A DNA stretch of 64,000 bases from Eledone cirrhosa (Eukaryota). Below the pieces are notes generated by a model, which was not told the DNA's origin, searched no databases, and worked only from the letters and a program-made list of their open reading frames with translations. The translations under genes and the position numbers were made by a program. The DNA lies in assembly GCA_964016885.1 (NCBI GenBank), contig OZ024743.1:150164001-150228000 (forward strand), in the 5' to 3' direction. Below are positions 41,607 to 54,775 of the stretch, piece by piece. The stretch's first letter is position 1. The number at the start of each line of letters is the position of its first letter.

Positions 41607-42892
41607 AAGGAAGTGTGGTAAGGAACTAGGTGGACCATAACACACCGGAGTACTCGATACTTTGGGTAGTAGAGTGGGTAATAGGAAAATGTTCAGGACC
41701 CCGATGGCTGAACTTTCCTGTAGAAGAATGAGGGGGTGGGTGAAGCCGGTCAAGCGTTGAAAGTAAATTCTATACAGCAAATTCTAAGGAGCGTGGATGA
41801 ATTAGGCTAGCTAGAAAGCTAGAAAAAAGAATTTTACAGGAATCTGAAAATGGGAAATTATAAAATAAAAAAATAAAAAAATAAAAAAAAGAACTCGAGT
41901 CTAAAACAGCTGCTATATTTTTAGCTGGTATTGCATTTTCAACCAATGCTATATAGAATTTACGGGGGTGGGGGTACTGAGGCTACAACAGCCCGATGGG
42001 CTGCCTGTGTCGGGATATTGCGTGGTAGGGTCAGAAAGTGCTCAACTACGGAGGTAGGAGCTAGATAACAAAGGAAGTGTGGTAAGGAACTAGATGGACC
42101 ATAATACACCAGAGTACTCGATACTTTGGGCATGTAAACACCGATTGCGTAGGACTTACCTTGCCCTCAAACCCCCTCATGACATCCTTCTTTTCCCCAC
42201 TTGCTGAACAAGATGGGGGAAAACCCCAGCATACATAGGTAGATGTAATTCTTTTCTTTTTTCTCTTTATCTCTTCTTCTCACTTCCTTCCACTCCCTCT
42301 TCTCTTCTTTTTCCTTTTTCCTCTTTCGCTTACCCTGAGGCAGCCCATCAGGCTTTTGTAGCCTCAGTACCACCACCCCTGTGAATTCTATATAGCAATT
42401 GGCCGAAAATGCAATACCAGCTAAAAATGTAGCAGCTGTTTTAGACTCTAGTTTTTTTTTTTTTTTTTATTTTAACTTTTTTATTTTTTTATTTTTTTAT
42501 TTCCGATTTTCAGATTCCTGTAGAATTCTTTTTTCGCCTGCTTTCTAGCTAGCCTAATTCATCCACACTCCTTAGAATTTGGTGTATAGAATTTACTTTC
42601 AATGCTTGACCAGCTTCAACCCCCCCCCCCCCCCCATTGTTCTACAGGCAAGTTCAGCCACCCCCACCCCCTACCCACCACCATGAAAGATTTAACTGTG
42701 TTTACAAGAAATTTTGACCAATCTTTTTAACAACTACAACCTTCAGAAATGCATGATTATCGCATGACCATATATGGAATTACCCCTTGAAAAGTTTGGC
42801 TATTTATTACCACACTAAAAATCTAATTTAGTCAAGAAATAGCTGTTGAAACAGCTTGAGCTCTGCCGTCGGGGTCCTGAACATTTTCCTAT
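41607..42892. mobile_element. Unclassified foldback element with ~325-bp inverted arms and a 60-bp direct repeat
   Basis: 41681-42006 is inverted at 42338-42660 plus 42865-42892; direct repeat at 41607-41666 and 42071-42130; flanked by TA runs. Confidence 0.75.
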
Positions 42893-43094
42893 ATATATAT
42901 ATATATATATAAGTTAAGGAAACATTAAACGAACAATCAAGAGGATGCAATAACATGAAGTGTATTAGTTTCATGCTTAGTGAAAGAAGAATGAGTTACA
43001 TAGTCAATGTATCACACATTTGCCCTTCATCAGGAATATCATAAAAGTAATCAACTGGTACTTTATTTTATTGATATGAAATAATAATAATAAT

Positions 43095-43200
43095 AATTGT
43101 TTCTACATTTGGCACAAGGCCTGCAATTTGAGGGGAAGGGAAAAGTCGATTAAATCGATCCCAGTGTGTTACTGGTGCTTTATTTTATCAACCCTGTAAA
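43095..43200 (-). mobile_element. 5'-truncated SINE (tail half)
   Basis: Reverse complement of the SINE tail seen at 56545-56640, with an (ATT)n end. Confidence 0.75.
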
Positions 43201-44914
43201 ATAAAGCATCATAATAATAATAAAACAATCTGCTCTTCAAGTAGCTCTTGTTCTCAAAACATCCCATTCACTCCAAGCATTGAAGCATGCACTTGAAAGG
43301 TAATTTATTTCGTACTGCCAAATTCTTGTTGTAACTCTTACACACAATACTTTTAAAGGGATGAAGCAAATTATACATCATCAACTCCTTTACTATTTTG
43401 GTTTTCTTTCATTCTCCAGCAACCACCAGTACCAATTTCATTAAGCTATCAATATATATCCAAAGACATCTATTCTGTTAGAGCCTAAGTGCCTATTATA
43501 GGAATCTTCTTATAGCACTGCTCTCCTATCAACACCACAAGCTCCAGTTAAACCTACATCTGGGATAAAGTCTGATGTGTCATTCCACTGAAGAATGTAT
43601 TAACATAACTCACCATCTACACAATAAAGTAAATATATTGGAATAATTTATAGCTATATTATCTCTCTAATATTTTCCCTTTTCCACATTAATGGTATGT
43701 TTCTATAATCAGGATCCTATTATGACTTTGCTATTCCCATATTGTCAGCATTGGTATGTAATCCTATTACTATTATCCAGAAGGCTACCCTAAGAGGAGT
43801 AAACATATTCTACTTCAAAAGCACCAAAACAAATATTTTAAAAATCCACATCATTACATCTTTTTTCATGAACAATACGTAAATCAAATCATTATCTTCT
43901 TTACAAATATTATAATTAACAACCTCCAATGAACATTCATAGAAAACCTTAAAATATTGAAACACATTCTGAAATGTGAACTAAGTGTTTCTTCTATCTA
44001 AATAGTATGAAACAATTAGAATTCATATGTTCTAAAAGCTTTGACATGCTGGTCTCTGAAAAATATCCAGGGAAATAATGTTTAAATCCCTTTGAGCAAT
44101 ACTGTAGCGAGGAGAATCTGTTTTGGACAGTGCTTTATGTTGAAGTAAGTTTACTGTATATTGTATTGTTTTTGCATAGAGAGGACACAGCCCTAATTCT
44201 AGCTGTGCTCCTCAATGTGAGGGTATTCTATATATATACTAAGTAATCTCATCCACAAAAATCAAAGAGCATACATACTCTTTTATTTTCTGGTTTTTAG
44301 ACCAAAGATCTTGAGAAATATGCATATCTATGTCAAATTAAACAGATATTTTCATTTGTAATATATTAATAATTGGGTGTGAATTGGATTTTCTGGTATT
44401 TGGAAATACTAATAAACAAATATACATATAAAAGAAAATGTCCATTAGATAAGTCACCTTTAGGGTATCAGAATTCAATAAACTGGCACACATTGCTTTC
44501 GTCAAGTTTCTCAAACTTTAAATACATCCATCTAACATTTGATCAATAAGTGTATAACATTTTAGAAATTGTATATGCTATAATCTTAATTCAATATTAA
44601 AAGGGATATAAAGATTTCTTATATCTTAAAATAATGAAGTAAAAAAATAAAAAAACAATGCAATTAGTTTTGTGAAAATTATTTACAATAATAGTTGATG
44701 CAAGCTGAGCCATGAATCCTTAAAACAAATAACAATAGTTTTATCCTTGTTATGGGTAAAACACATGCCTGTTAACTGCTTAGCTACTTAACCTTAATGC
44801 AGTGTGGTAAATAATTACATGCATATATACACCAGGTCCAAACACAATGGAACCAAACTCCCACTGTCACTGCCTCCATCTTTCTCACTCTTCCCATCTC
44901 TCACTATTAGGAGA

Positions 44915-46590
44915 AAATGGGGGCCAACATGAAGGCCACACCGTGGACCCAGCAGACAGAATAGCGAAGGCATTTCCCAGGGGGATGGTGAGGGAGACAC
45001 ACTGAAAGAGTTTTTCCAGCTCATGAGGCTCATACCTGTGGGTAGTCAAGTCTGTACTAATAGTGGTCCTAGTGCACAAGATGTCTCCACAAATCTGTCG
45101 GAGTGTGACCGATATTTGGAGAGTTTACCCTCCCCAGCAGAGCCTGGGTTAGTCACAGACTGCACCAAGTTGCTGCTGGAGAATGTGTTACTGCATGTGG
45201 CATCCCTGATGAGGGCTTTACCACCATGGAACAGGAAGATAGTCATGACGTCTGGCCATTTGCTGTCCCTTCAGTCTAGTCCTGCCAGCTGAAGCTGGGA
45301 GAGGAAGCCTGCAGCATCCAAGCCATCCTTTATGACTTCATTGAGAGCAACATGATGTGGAAGGCGCCTGGCACTGTAGTGACAGGACAATGGGTGGAGG
45401 CCGAAAGAGTCTACGTTGGATCTGCAGCGACATTTGTGTCACTTGCAAATCCAGAGGTCGAGCCTCAGTCAAACCTTGATTCACAGGCTATCATTATCCA
45501 GCTGTGTGTCCGTCAAAATGGAGGGTAAGGCATTGAGGCAGGCACTACTGTGAGGTTACGAGGCCGAGCAAAAACATGTGAGATAGTACTTGTCACGCTA
45601 GTGCACTAGTCTGTCTGAGGCCATGTCACACTGGATAGCATCCCTTATGCTACAGGGGGAAGAATAGGAGGGATATCTACTGGGGGAAGTCTGAGTCAGT
45701 TGCAAGTCTTGCAGGCAGCCTTGCATTTCTTGATCTCAGTAGGTTCCATTGTGTTGAGGAGAACCCTGTTGATGAGGACATGGCAAGAGGTTACTGGCAA
45801 AAGAAATGCCAGCAAACCAGCAAGACTGGAGACCATAGACCAAAGCTACTATTTTTAACAGGTAAGGTGGTCTGTGGCCATCCAAAGACATCTCTAACCT
45901 TACGTTGAATATCTCCTCAGCTACCACTTGGATACAAGTATTAAGGTCAGTGAGGAGAGATGCTGTAGCAAGGAGTACTATGAAATGTGTAGAGGAGCTT
46001 TGGCATGGTGAAGCAGTTCTTCAACAAGAAGAGAGCTGGATGGGCATCACTCATGCCCAGTCTGCTCATGAGGGTCGTGAGCTGCTGGAGCCTGGATCTG
46101 ATGGTGGAGCAAATGACCGGTGGGAGGGTCAGTGACCACCGATCACAGGTAGTAGCAGACAGTCTCCACAGGCCCACTCACCATGGCATCATCCAGGTAC
46201 CAAACCTTAAAAGGGGCCATGATTTTCCAAGCAATGTGGTCTATACCTAGAGCATAGAGGAGGGAGCCCAAAGGGTCACCCTGTGAACCCCAGTAGTTGA
46301 AGGTATGACCATATAGCAGCAAAGAGAATGCTCTGGGCTTCAATCGACAGGTAGTTAAAGGAATTCCTCATATCAAGCTTGACAATGAGATGCCTGGGAT
46401 CCCCTGATGCTGGTTCTGGTTGTCAGCTGTTGAAGAACTGCCTAGCTGCATGCATGTCCCCTCACACCCACTAGACATGCCAAGCCCTAGTTGTACCGGG
46501 CTGAGCTCCTTGCCCAGTTCAGGTGTGATGGACCTGCAGACCACCTTAGCAGCCAGTTTCTGGAAGAAATTGCCCACAGGTGGCGCCCGA
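44915..46590 (-). mobile_element. Decayed CRE-like non-LTR retrotransposon (RT, Cys/His knuckle, RLE)
   Basis: VQLGLGMSSGCE, GSQGDPLGSLLYALGI, VWYLDD; RLE region homologous to 38345-38865. Confidence 0.88.
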
Positions 46591-47329
46591 AGAATGAAAT
46601 GTAAAATAGGAAAATATAAAGAAAAAAGAGAAAAAGAAATAAGAAACGAAATGGGAGGGAATGGCAAGGACTCGAGTGTCACAGAATGATGGGGAAGGGG
46701 GATTCTAAGTTAAATTTTCAGTTTATCATCATCCAAACAAAAAGGAAGCAACTATCCAGTTACAAAAGATTTGGCTTCTTTAAAGCAGCTTGCCTAAAAA
46801 GTTGAGCAATCTTGAGGAAATTCATAATTATACAAAGTGATGTGTCTTTATAAGTTATACTAAAGGTAACTCCTTTAGAAGAGCAACGTTTCTGAATTTA
46901 AACAGAAAAGATGCTCCACTGTAAATAACCTGCTAACTCTTTTATGCTAGAATTATACATAACATATTTAGAGTCAGAAGTAAGCAACCTTACTATCTAC
47001 ATCAATAAAAAATGTTGTGTTCAGGACTTTCATTTCAGATATGATGATTAATATTGGTAGAAAAAAAGTAAAGGTAAGTCTGGTGAATAAATTGAGATGC
47101 CAGAAGAAAGGTAAGTGGAAATGTGTTGCACACAAGACAGAGATATGATGCAGCTAAACTCCTTAGAAAGAAGCATAGATACAAGTTCTTTGGGGTAGTT
47201 AATAACTAAGATATAGAGATGTTCTCTTAGCAGAGAAATAGAGAGATGGTAAGATACTCCATGTAACAACATCAATGATTTTTATTTATTCCAGAAAATT
47301 AGGATTATTGGACAACGATCTTATCAGTG

Positions 47330-48050
47330 CTGTTGGTTTCAATGTTTATGTTAAGAAACATCAAGATACCTACACAAGAATACATGCAGACTTTGGCAAT
47401 GAAACAAGAAATGAAGAGAGTGATGGCTTTTAGAGGGCTGCAATTAAAATATCCTATTTGCAAATGCAAACTTTATAAAGCCAGCCAAGTGGCTTCAAAG
47501 TGAATAAAGCAGAAACCTAAGTGTTGTTATAGTTTATAACAGAGTAAAAACTCTGAGTAATATCTGCTCAACACACAGAAAAAGAATTAGTTGAAAGCCA
47601 AAAGTGTATAGCCACTGCAGACAATGAGTACACAAACAATGCAATGAAATTACTGGCAGATTGACAGAAAACCAACAGAGCATTGTTTTATACGTAGTTA
47701 GCAATGAGAACATCCATGAAAGTTCATGTACAGAGCACAAAAGTGTCAAAAGAACAGCTGGGCATTAAAATGTTCAACCAATATACACTGGAGAATTGGC
47801 TGAACTGGTATTAAAATGTGATGTAAATAGACAAATAGTGTTAGGCAATAAGATGTTATATGTTGCCAGTGGAAACTATGCATGAAGAATCTGGCAAAGG
47901 AAGACATGGGAAGAATTTATGATAAAATCAGATCTTAGGATACTGGGTAAGTCTGTTGGATGAAAAATGACTATGATGAGCAACTATATGATGCTTAACA
48001 AATATAGGCAACTTAAGCTAGCATGGAAAAAGTTGTTAAAATAACTAGTA
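47330..48050 (+). mobile_element. Highly degenerate RTE 3' end
   Basis: Ends in GCTAGCATGGAAAAAGTTGTTAAA, resembling the RTE tail at 54551-54600; only faint coding similarity. Confidence 0.35.
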
Positions 48051-49754
48051 TGATAATCATATGCATATCAACTTATACATAGTTTTATTTCTAGATTCTC
48101 TATTACTATGGTAATATTGATGACTCTAAAATACTATGTAAGTTATTGTATACCTCTACATTTATATACATATTTTTCAACAAAAGTAGAATAATATGTA
48201 CCCATCACTAAATGTTCAATTTTTCTTTTCAGTAATTTTCAACAACAGACCTCCTAGATGTTCCTTTCATTTCATTTGTTTGAAGTAAAACCCCTTACAG
48301 GCATTCTTTTTATGCTAAAATTGATGTTCATTCCTCTTAAGTTGGAAGAAACAGCCTAATTATTTTCACCTACTTATTTTTTTTATTTCATTTTACAGGA
48401 AACTATGGAAAATTTATACCACAGCTGTAGGTATATGAAATTAATACTAATAATTAATATTATCTTAATGTGTAGTACATAAATTTATATAGATATAATA
48501 AAACATCTCGTTTTCATTTACTGATTTCTTGATATTAATAAAATAGCTTATTCAATAAGATTATATAAATAATGGGAATTTTTAGGTTCCATCAGCAACA
48601 GCAATTTTACCAATTTTCATATTTCCTTTTGTTCACACTAAGCAGTAATATATCCTATTTTTTAAAAAAAGATGTTCTTGGTTTATCTGAGAATCAGAAT
48701 TACACCATAGATATTATGCACTTCAGTAATAATAAATATATAGAGAAAGATATTTGAAACGTATAGCCATTGGAAATACATTATTTTAAAAATATCGATT
48801 TTCAAACAGCCAATTATCCTTTCTCTTGGCAGATATAAATGGCAAAAATGTTGCAACCTATTAGTTAAAAGTTGTATATCAACTATATTTTATCCACATT
48901 TGGTAAAAATATTCCAATGAGATGGATTTATCATTAAAGACAAGGCTCTCCAAAGACTAATAACTAATAAATTCTCTGGTGCTCAAGCACCGTAACACTT
49001 TTACTTTTCATTAAGTTAAAAGGAAAATGTCATCATACTTACTATTTCTTCTGAATAATATGAATGAAAAATAACTTGCATTCCTGCCAGAGGTGTAACT
49101 AGGGAAAATTGCACCTATGGCAAGCAATGAAATTACACCCCAACCCATGTATTTCCTAGCACTGTATTTTTGCCTATGGGCCTAATAATTTATATAAATG
49201 TTTTAATGATCCAGCCACCATAGTACTTCACACCCAAGATAATCAAAGACAGATTGTACTTCTGAAGAAGTTTTATTTTCCCCTCTCTGGTGTAGCTTAT
49301 CTGATTTTAATAGAAGTGCTCCTAGTTTCAAGTGGAACACCCTTCAAATGGAACCCATGGCACATGCCATACTTTCCATTCCCTAGTTTATGCACAGACT
49401 CTACCAAGAAGACAAGTTCTTTATTTAGAACTATATCAAAACTGTCTATATAAATCTTGTAAGTTACTACTGTGATAGTTACACTCAGAAACAGCTGCAA
49501 CTTTACATTTCTTTTAGGATTTTAGTTGACAGTGTTCGGTGAAGTATTGTACTGTTTAGAGAATTATTATTTTAGAAGGTCATCATAACAGAAAGACAAG
49601 ATGGTGTAAATAGAACAATATCAAAGCAAAGAAGAGTCACACAGGAGCAAGAACAGTCATTGAGAAGGTCACAAAATGTGTGACAAAAGAATTTTGACAA
49701 CCTAATAAAAAATGCATCTTTATAAATGCCCTGAAAACTCATTAGAAGTGCTAC

Positions 49755-51062
49755 CTAGATGACTTAACTGCCAGTGAAGAAGGGTGTTCTAAATGTACAG
49801 AGCTAGAGTGAGAACTGGGTAGAAAAAGTTCAGAGAGATACTACCTCTGCTGGCTACAATGGGTTTCTCCCTCAGAATGAAAGGGAGATTGTATGATGAG
49901 TCTATGAGAACTGCAATGCAGCATGGAAGTGAATTGTAGGCACAGAGAATCTGCAAAAATTGGAAGGAAATGGAGCAAGAATGCTCTGGTGGATGTATAA
50001 TGTTAGTGTGCATGATAAATGAAGCAACAACAAACTGAGGGAAGAGTTGAGAATATGAAGGATTAGATGTTGTGGATTAGTGGAGGGCACTCAAAATTGA
50101 TGGAAACTGTAGTAAAGGTAGGTCCAGGAAAACTTGGGATGATGTGGATAAGGCTGACCCCATGAAGGAATTGACATAAGATTGAGTCCGCTGTTCATAC
50201 ATTGTACTGCTTGAGACTCGGCTCCCCACACAAGTGGATGAAATGCAACTAATCTTCCCCTCCTCTACTTAGTCTTACTTCCCAGCCTCATCCCTGACTC
50301 CTTCTCCATCGCACAATCTATGCTAACAAGGGAGTACTGATGCACCTTCTGCAGGGCACTGCCAGATATTGCCTACTCATTTCCTCACTTCAAATCTACT
50401 GCCATGACTCATCACCTATTACCCAAATCACGTTCCCAGTTCCTGCATCCTTGGCCAACCACACAAGAATGGAAACTAGGATACATCTTGCCCAATGTTC
50501 CTCTTGACATCACTCAAAGACCACTTCTGTCTCTAATCTTCTTGATAAGAAACATCTAAGCTCATCTCCACACCCATCAGTACCTTTCCAGCTTTGCCAA
50601 ATACATCACATCACACTTTCTCTTTAAGTCTACCACCCCCCTCCCCTGGCAAGCAACACGTATCCTGTCGCCATCTTCCCATGTTATAATCCTACACACT
50701 CTCATCACTGCCTCCTCAGCCTGGCTGAAGATGATATAGCAGGTACCCTAGTGTCGGATAATGGTAATACTGTGTCACAATTAACATGCTTCCAACTCAC
50801 TCTGTAATGTGGTAGTGCTGGTACCATGATAAAAAAGCACCTGGTCCCCACTGTTGGGTGATAGTGATGGCAGCATGACAGAACACACCCAGTACAGATT
50901 GTGAAGTGATTGGTATTAGGAAGGGCATTCAGCCTTTAAGGCCATGCCAGAATTGAGCGTTTGAGTGAGACACAGTCATCTGATCTGTCTAGTCTCAGGA
51001 TGTGACAACACATCTAATCCATGCAAGCACAGAAAATAGATATTAAACAGTGGTGATGATAA
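49755..51062 (+). mobile_element. Degenerate RTE 3' fragment with long 3' UTR and (ATG)n tail
   Basis: ARVRTG.KKFREILPLLATMGFSLRMKGRLYD; 3' UTR motifs shared with 54350-54600. Confidence 0.8.
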
Positions 51063-51104
51063 TGTATGTGTGTGTGTATATATATTTATTTATATATATA
51101 CAGT

Positions 51105-52167
51105 CGAAAAGAGGTAGTCATGGTTCTAGGACAGCATTCTTCATCCTATGAGTTGTCATCTGGTATACCGCATGGATCTGTTCTTGGTGCCCTTTTGTTT
51201 GTTGCATATATTAATGACATAGATGCCAACTTAAAGAATGCCACAGTGCTGAAATATGCAGATGATATCAAGCTGTACTTTGAGATAAAAAGGACAGATC
51301 CTGAACACTATAGATCTTTCCTGCAATGGGACCTGGACACAATGCAGAAATAGATCGTGGATTGGCAACTCAAGCTGGCTGTGGACAAGTATACCACCAT
51401 GCATTTTGGGAGGAAAAACACTAATCTCAAGAAGTCTTCTTGTGAATGTGAGCTGAGCATTATTGTCAGCATCGATTTGCATTGGACAAAGCACATCTCT
51501 AAGATTGTCAAGAAGGCGAAGGGTGTCTTGGCATCACTCAGCAAGACCTTTGTAGGCCACTCTCCAGATATCTATTTAAAGCTATTCATAGCTATGGTGT
51601 GGCTAGAATTTGTTTGAAACCTCTATCTTGCTCAGAATATTGACCTCCTGGAAACTGTTCAGAGACATGCAACCATGCGAATACTCTCCATCAGGCATCT
51701 ACCATACTCTGAATGCCTTGCTTCCCTGAACATGGATACATTGAAGCTTATAGAAGTCTGACAACTGACTTGGTAAATACCCACAAAATTAGTAACCATC
51801 TTGCCAACAACAACCTTGAGCACCTTTTTGAATTCCATGTGTCTAACACCTACGGGCATGCCTACAAAGTCAGAAAACAGCACAGCTCCCATGACTTTCA
51901 GAAACATTTTTTCACGCTCAGAGTTGCTGAAGCATGGAACAAACTACCTGCATGAGTTGTTAGCTGCTGGGACACTGCATTCTTTAAAACCTCCATGCTT
52001 CCTGAAATTTGCCAACACTACACCTGATATCTCCACTCCATACACAGCCACACAAGTATATCATGACTCATACACTGTTCCCTTTCGTATGTACTATACA
52101 TGCACTTTTGATAATTTATAGTGCACCTGAGCACTGTACACAATAATTTCATTATTATTTTATTATT
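51105..52167 (+). mobile_element. CR1-like LINE 3' portion (RT core to (ATT)n tail)
   Basis: SGIPHGSVLGALLFVAYINDI, LKYADDIKL, HFFTLRVAEAWNKLP. Confidence 0.9.
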
Positions 52168-52177
52168 GCATATATAT

Positions 52178-54598
52178 AGAGGCGACAGATGAGGTCTGTG
52201 GCTGGAGTAAGACCACAAGCAGGAGGAGAGTGACTTGGTGATGGAACAATAAGGTAGATGAGGCAGTTAAGGCCAAGAGACAGGCATGGAAAGAATGGAA
52301 GAACGGGGGGAGCAGGGTACATTACATAGAGACCAAGAGGGAAGCTAGGCGACAAGTATACTTAGCTACGAGGGAAGCAGAGGATAGAAAATTCAAGCAT
52401 GTTTTGCAATGTGAGGACCAGAAACAGGAGGTGTTCAAGATTGCGAGGCAGTGTGTCAGAGAGAATTGTGATGTCATTGGAGAGAAGTGTATCCGGAATG
52501 ATAAAGGTGAGCTTGCCCTCACAAGTGCTGAGAAGAAAGATGCATGGAAGAGTCATTATGATAGATTACTAAATGAGGAGAATGCATGGGAAGAAGAGAC
52601 CCTACCCCAAGTAGACCCTATAGAGGGGCCAGCAGTACAAGTCAGCAGCAGCGTAGTAAGTAAGGTAATCAAAGATATGAAGATGGGGAAGGCAACCGGT
52701 CCATCGGGTATAGCTGCCGAGATGCTGAAGGCATCTGGGTCTGTAGGTCACACTATAACCACACGTATTGTTAACCAGGTAAAACTAGAAGGTGTCATAC
52801 CAAAAGATTGGTGCAGTAGCATCATTGTCAACTGCTACAAAGGTAAAGGTGATGCACTCGATAGAGGAAACTATAGAGGTATAAAGCTGATGGACCAGGT
52901 CATGAAAGTAACAGAAAGAGTTATAGCACAGTTGAATAGGGACCGGGTGAAACTAGATGAGATGCAATTTGGGTTTGTACCAGGAAGAGGCACCACTGAT
53001 GCTCTCTTCCTTGTGAGGCAGTTACAGGAAAAGTACCTAGCTAAAAGTAAGCCACTCTACCTGGCATTCGTCGATCTCGAGAAAGCCTTTGACAGAGTTC
53101 CACATGCTGTAATCTGGTGGGCTCTTAGAAAACTAGGAGTAGATGAATGGCTTGTGAAAGCTGTACAAGCCATGTATAGGGGAGCAGTCAGCAAAATTAG
53201 GATTAGCAATGAGTATAGCGAGGAATTTGGCGTACAGGTCGGTGTCCACCAGGGCTCTGTTCTTAGCCCTCTCCTGTTCATCATAGTCCTGCAGGCAATA
53301 ACGGAGGAGTTTGAGACTGGATGCCCATGGGAACTCCTGTATGCAGATGACCTCGCACTTATAGCTGAATCTATGGTAGAACTAGAGAAGAAATTCCAAA
53401 CTTGGAAGCAGGGACTAGAAAGAAAGGGTCTCAAAGTCAACATGACAAAGACTAAGGTCCTTGTAAGTAGACGAGAAAACAGAACCCAGATCCCCTCAGG
53501 GAAATGGCCTTGCTCAGAATGTAGGAAAGGTGTAGGTAGGAACTCCATTCTCTGCCCCAAATGCAAACAATGGATACACAAGAGATGTAGCGAGATCTCA
53601 GGAAGCTTAATTAAGAATGTAGGCTTCACATGCAGCAGCTGTACTGGGACAGCAAGCAGCAAACAGCCACAGGAAACAAGTACCACCAATCTCTGGAAGG
53701 GCTCTGTAGAGACAGTAGACAGCTTCTGCTACCTAGGTGACTGAATTAGCCCCAGAAGTGGGTGTTCAGAAAGTAGAATAACTAGGGTAAGAACGGGATG
53801 GAAGAAGTTCAGGGAACTACTACCACTGCTAGCTGCAAAAGGCTTCTCCCTCAAAATGAAAGGCAGACTGTATGATGCGTGTATCCAAACAGCAATGTTA
53901 CATGGTAGTGAGACCTGAGCGCTGAAGGTGGAAGACTTACGTAGATTAGAGAGAAACGAAGCCTGCATGCTCCAATGGATGTGTAATAGTAATATACGCG
54001 AACGACAAAGCATAAATGAATTGAGAGAGAGACTGAGCATAAAAGGAATCAAATGATGTGTGCAGGAGAGGCGGATGCGTTGGTATGGACATGTGATGCG
54101 TATGAAGGATGACAGCTGCATAAAAAGGTGCAGAGCACTAGAAGTCGATGGAAACCGCAGAGTGGGAGACCCAAGATGACCTGGGATGAGGTGATAAAAG
54201 CCGACCTTACCCAATTACACCTCTCAAAGGCGATGACACATGACCGTGACCTCTGGCGTCACGCAGTAATACAGAGTACCCGACCTCCCATGGGTACAAG
54301 CTGAAGCATATAGACAATATGCCCCCACTCCCCCCACCGCAAGGTGGTCGTGGAGGTGCCATGGCAAAAAAGCACCCAGCCCACACTGTAAAGTGGACGT
54401 GTAGGCACCACGAAAAAGCACCCAGCACTCACTGTAAATGAGGTTGGTGTTAGGAAGGGCATCCAGCTGGAGAAATCAAGCCAAATCAGTTCCTGTATGA
54501 GCAAGGCATGGTCAGCCGACCAGACACTGCCCACAACAGGACAACCCGTCTAACCCATGCTAGCGTGGAAGAACGGACATAAAACGGTGATGATGATG

Positions 54599-54600
<2 letters not shown>
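52178..54600 (+). mobile_element. 5'-truncated RTE LINE with largely intact RT, PHD-like finger and (ATG)n tail
   Basis: 446-aa ORF 52404-53744 with NYRGIKL, FVDLEKAFD, GVHQGSVLSP, LYADD and C4HC3; stops in the C-terminal region; related to 21936-24888. Confidence 0.95.
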
Positions 54601-54634
<34 letters not shown>

Positions 54635-54664
54635 TGAGAGAGAGAGGTGGGGATTTAGGAATTT

Positions 54665-54775
54665 GCAAAATGGCAGAGTTAGATAGAATGTTTTACAATA
54701 TTTCTTCTGCCACTTTGCATACTGAGTTCAAATCCCATGCAAGCATGGAAAATGGATGTCAAACAGTGATATGTT
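54665..54775 (+). mobile_element. Short SINE: tRNA-like head joined to an RTE-type tail
   Basis: TGGCAGAGT...GAGTTCAAATCC followed directly by CATGCAAGCATGGAAAATGGATGTCAAAC. Confidence 0.55.

Noticed and set aside
42990-43040. Minus-strand CTGATGAAGG hammerhead-like remnant
   Set aside because: GAAA and the stems are too degenerate to call a ribozyme.
49089-49296. Possible Harbinger-like MITE
   Set aside because: Terminal repeats are too degraded to support.
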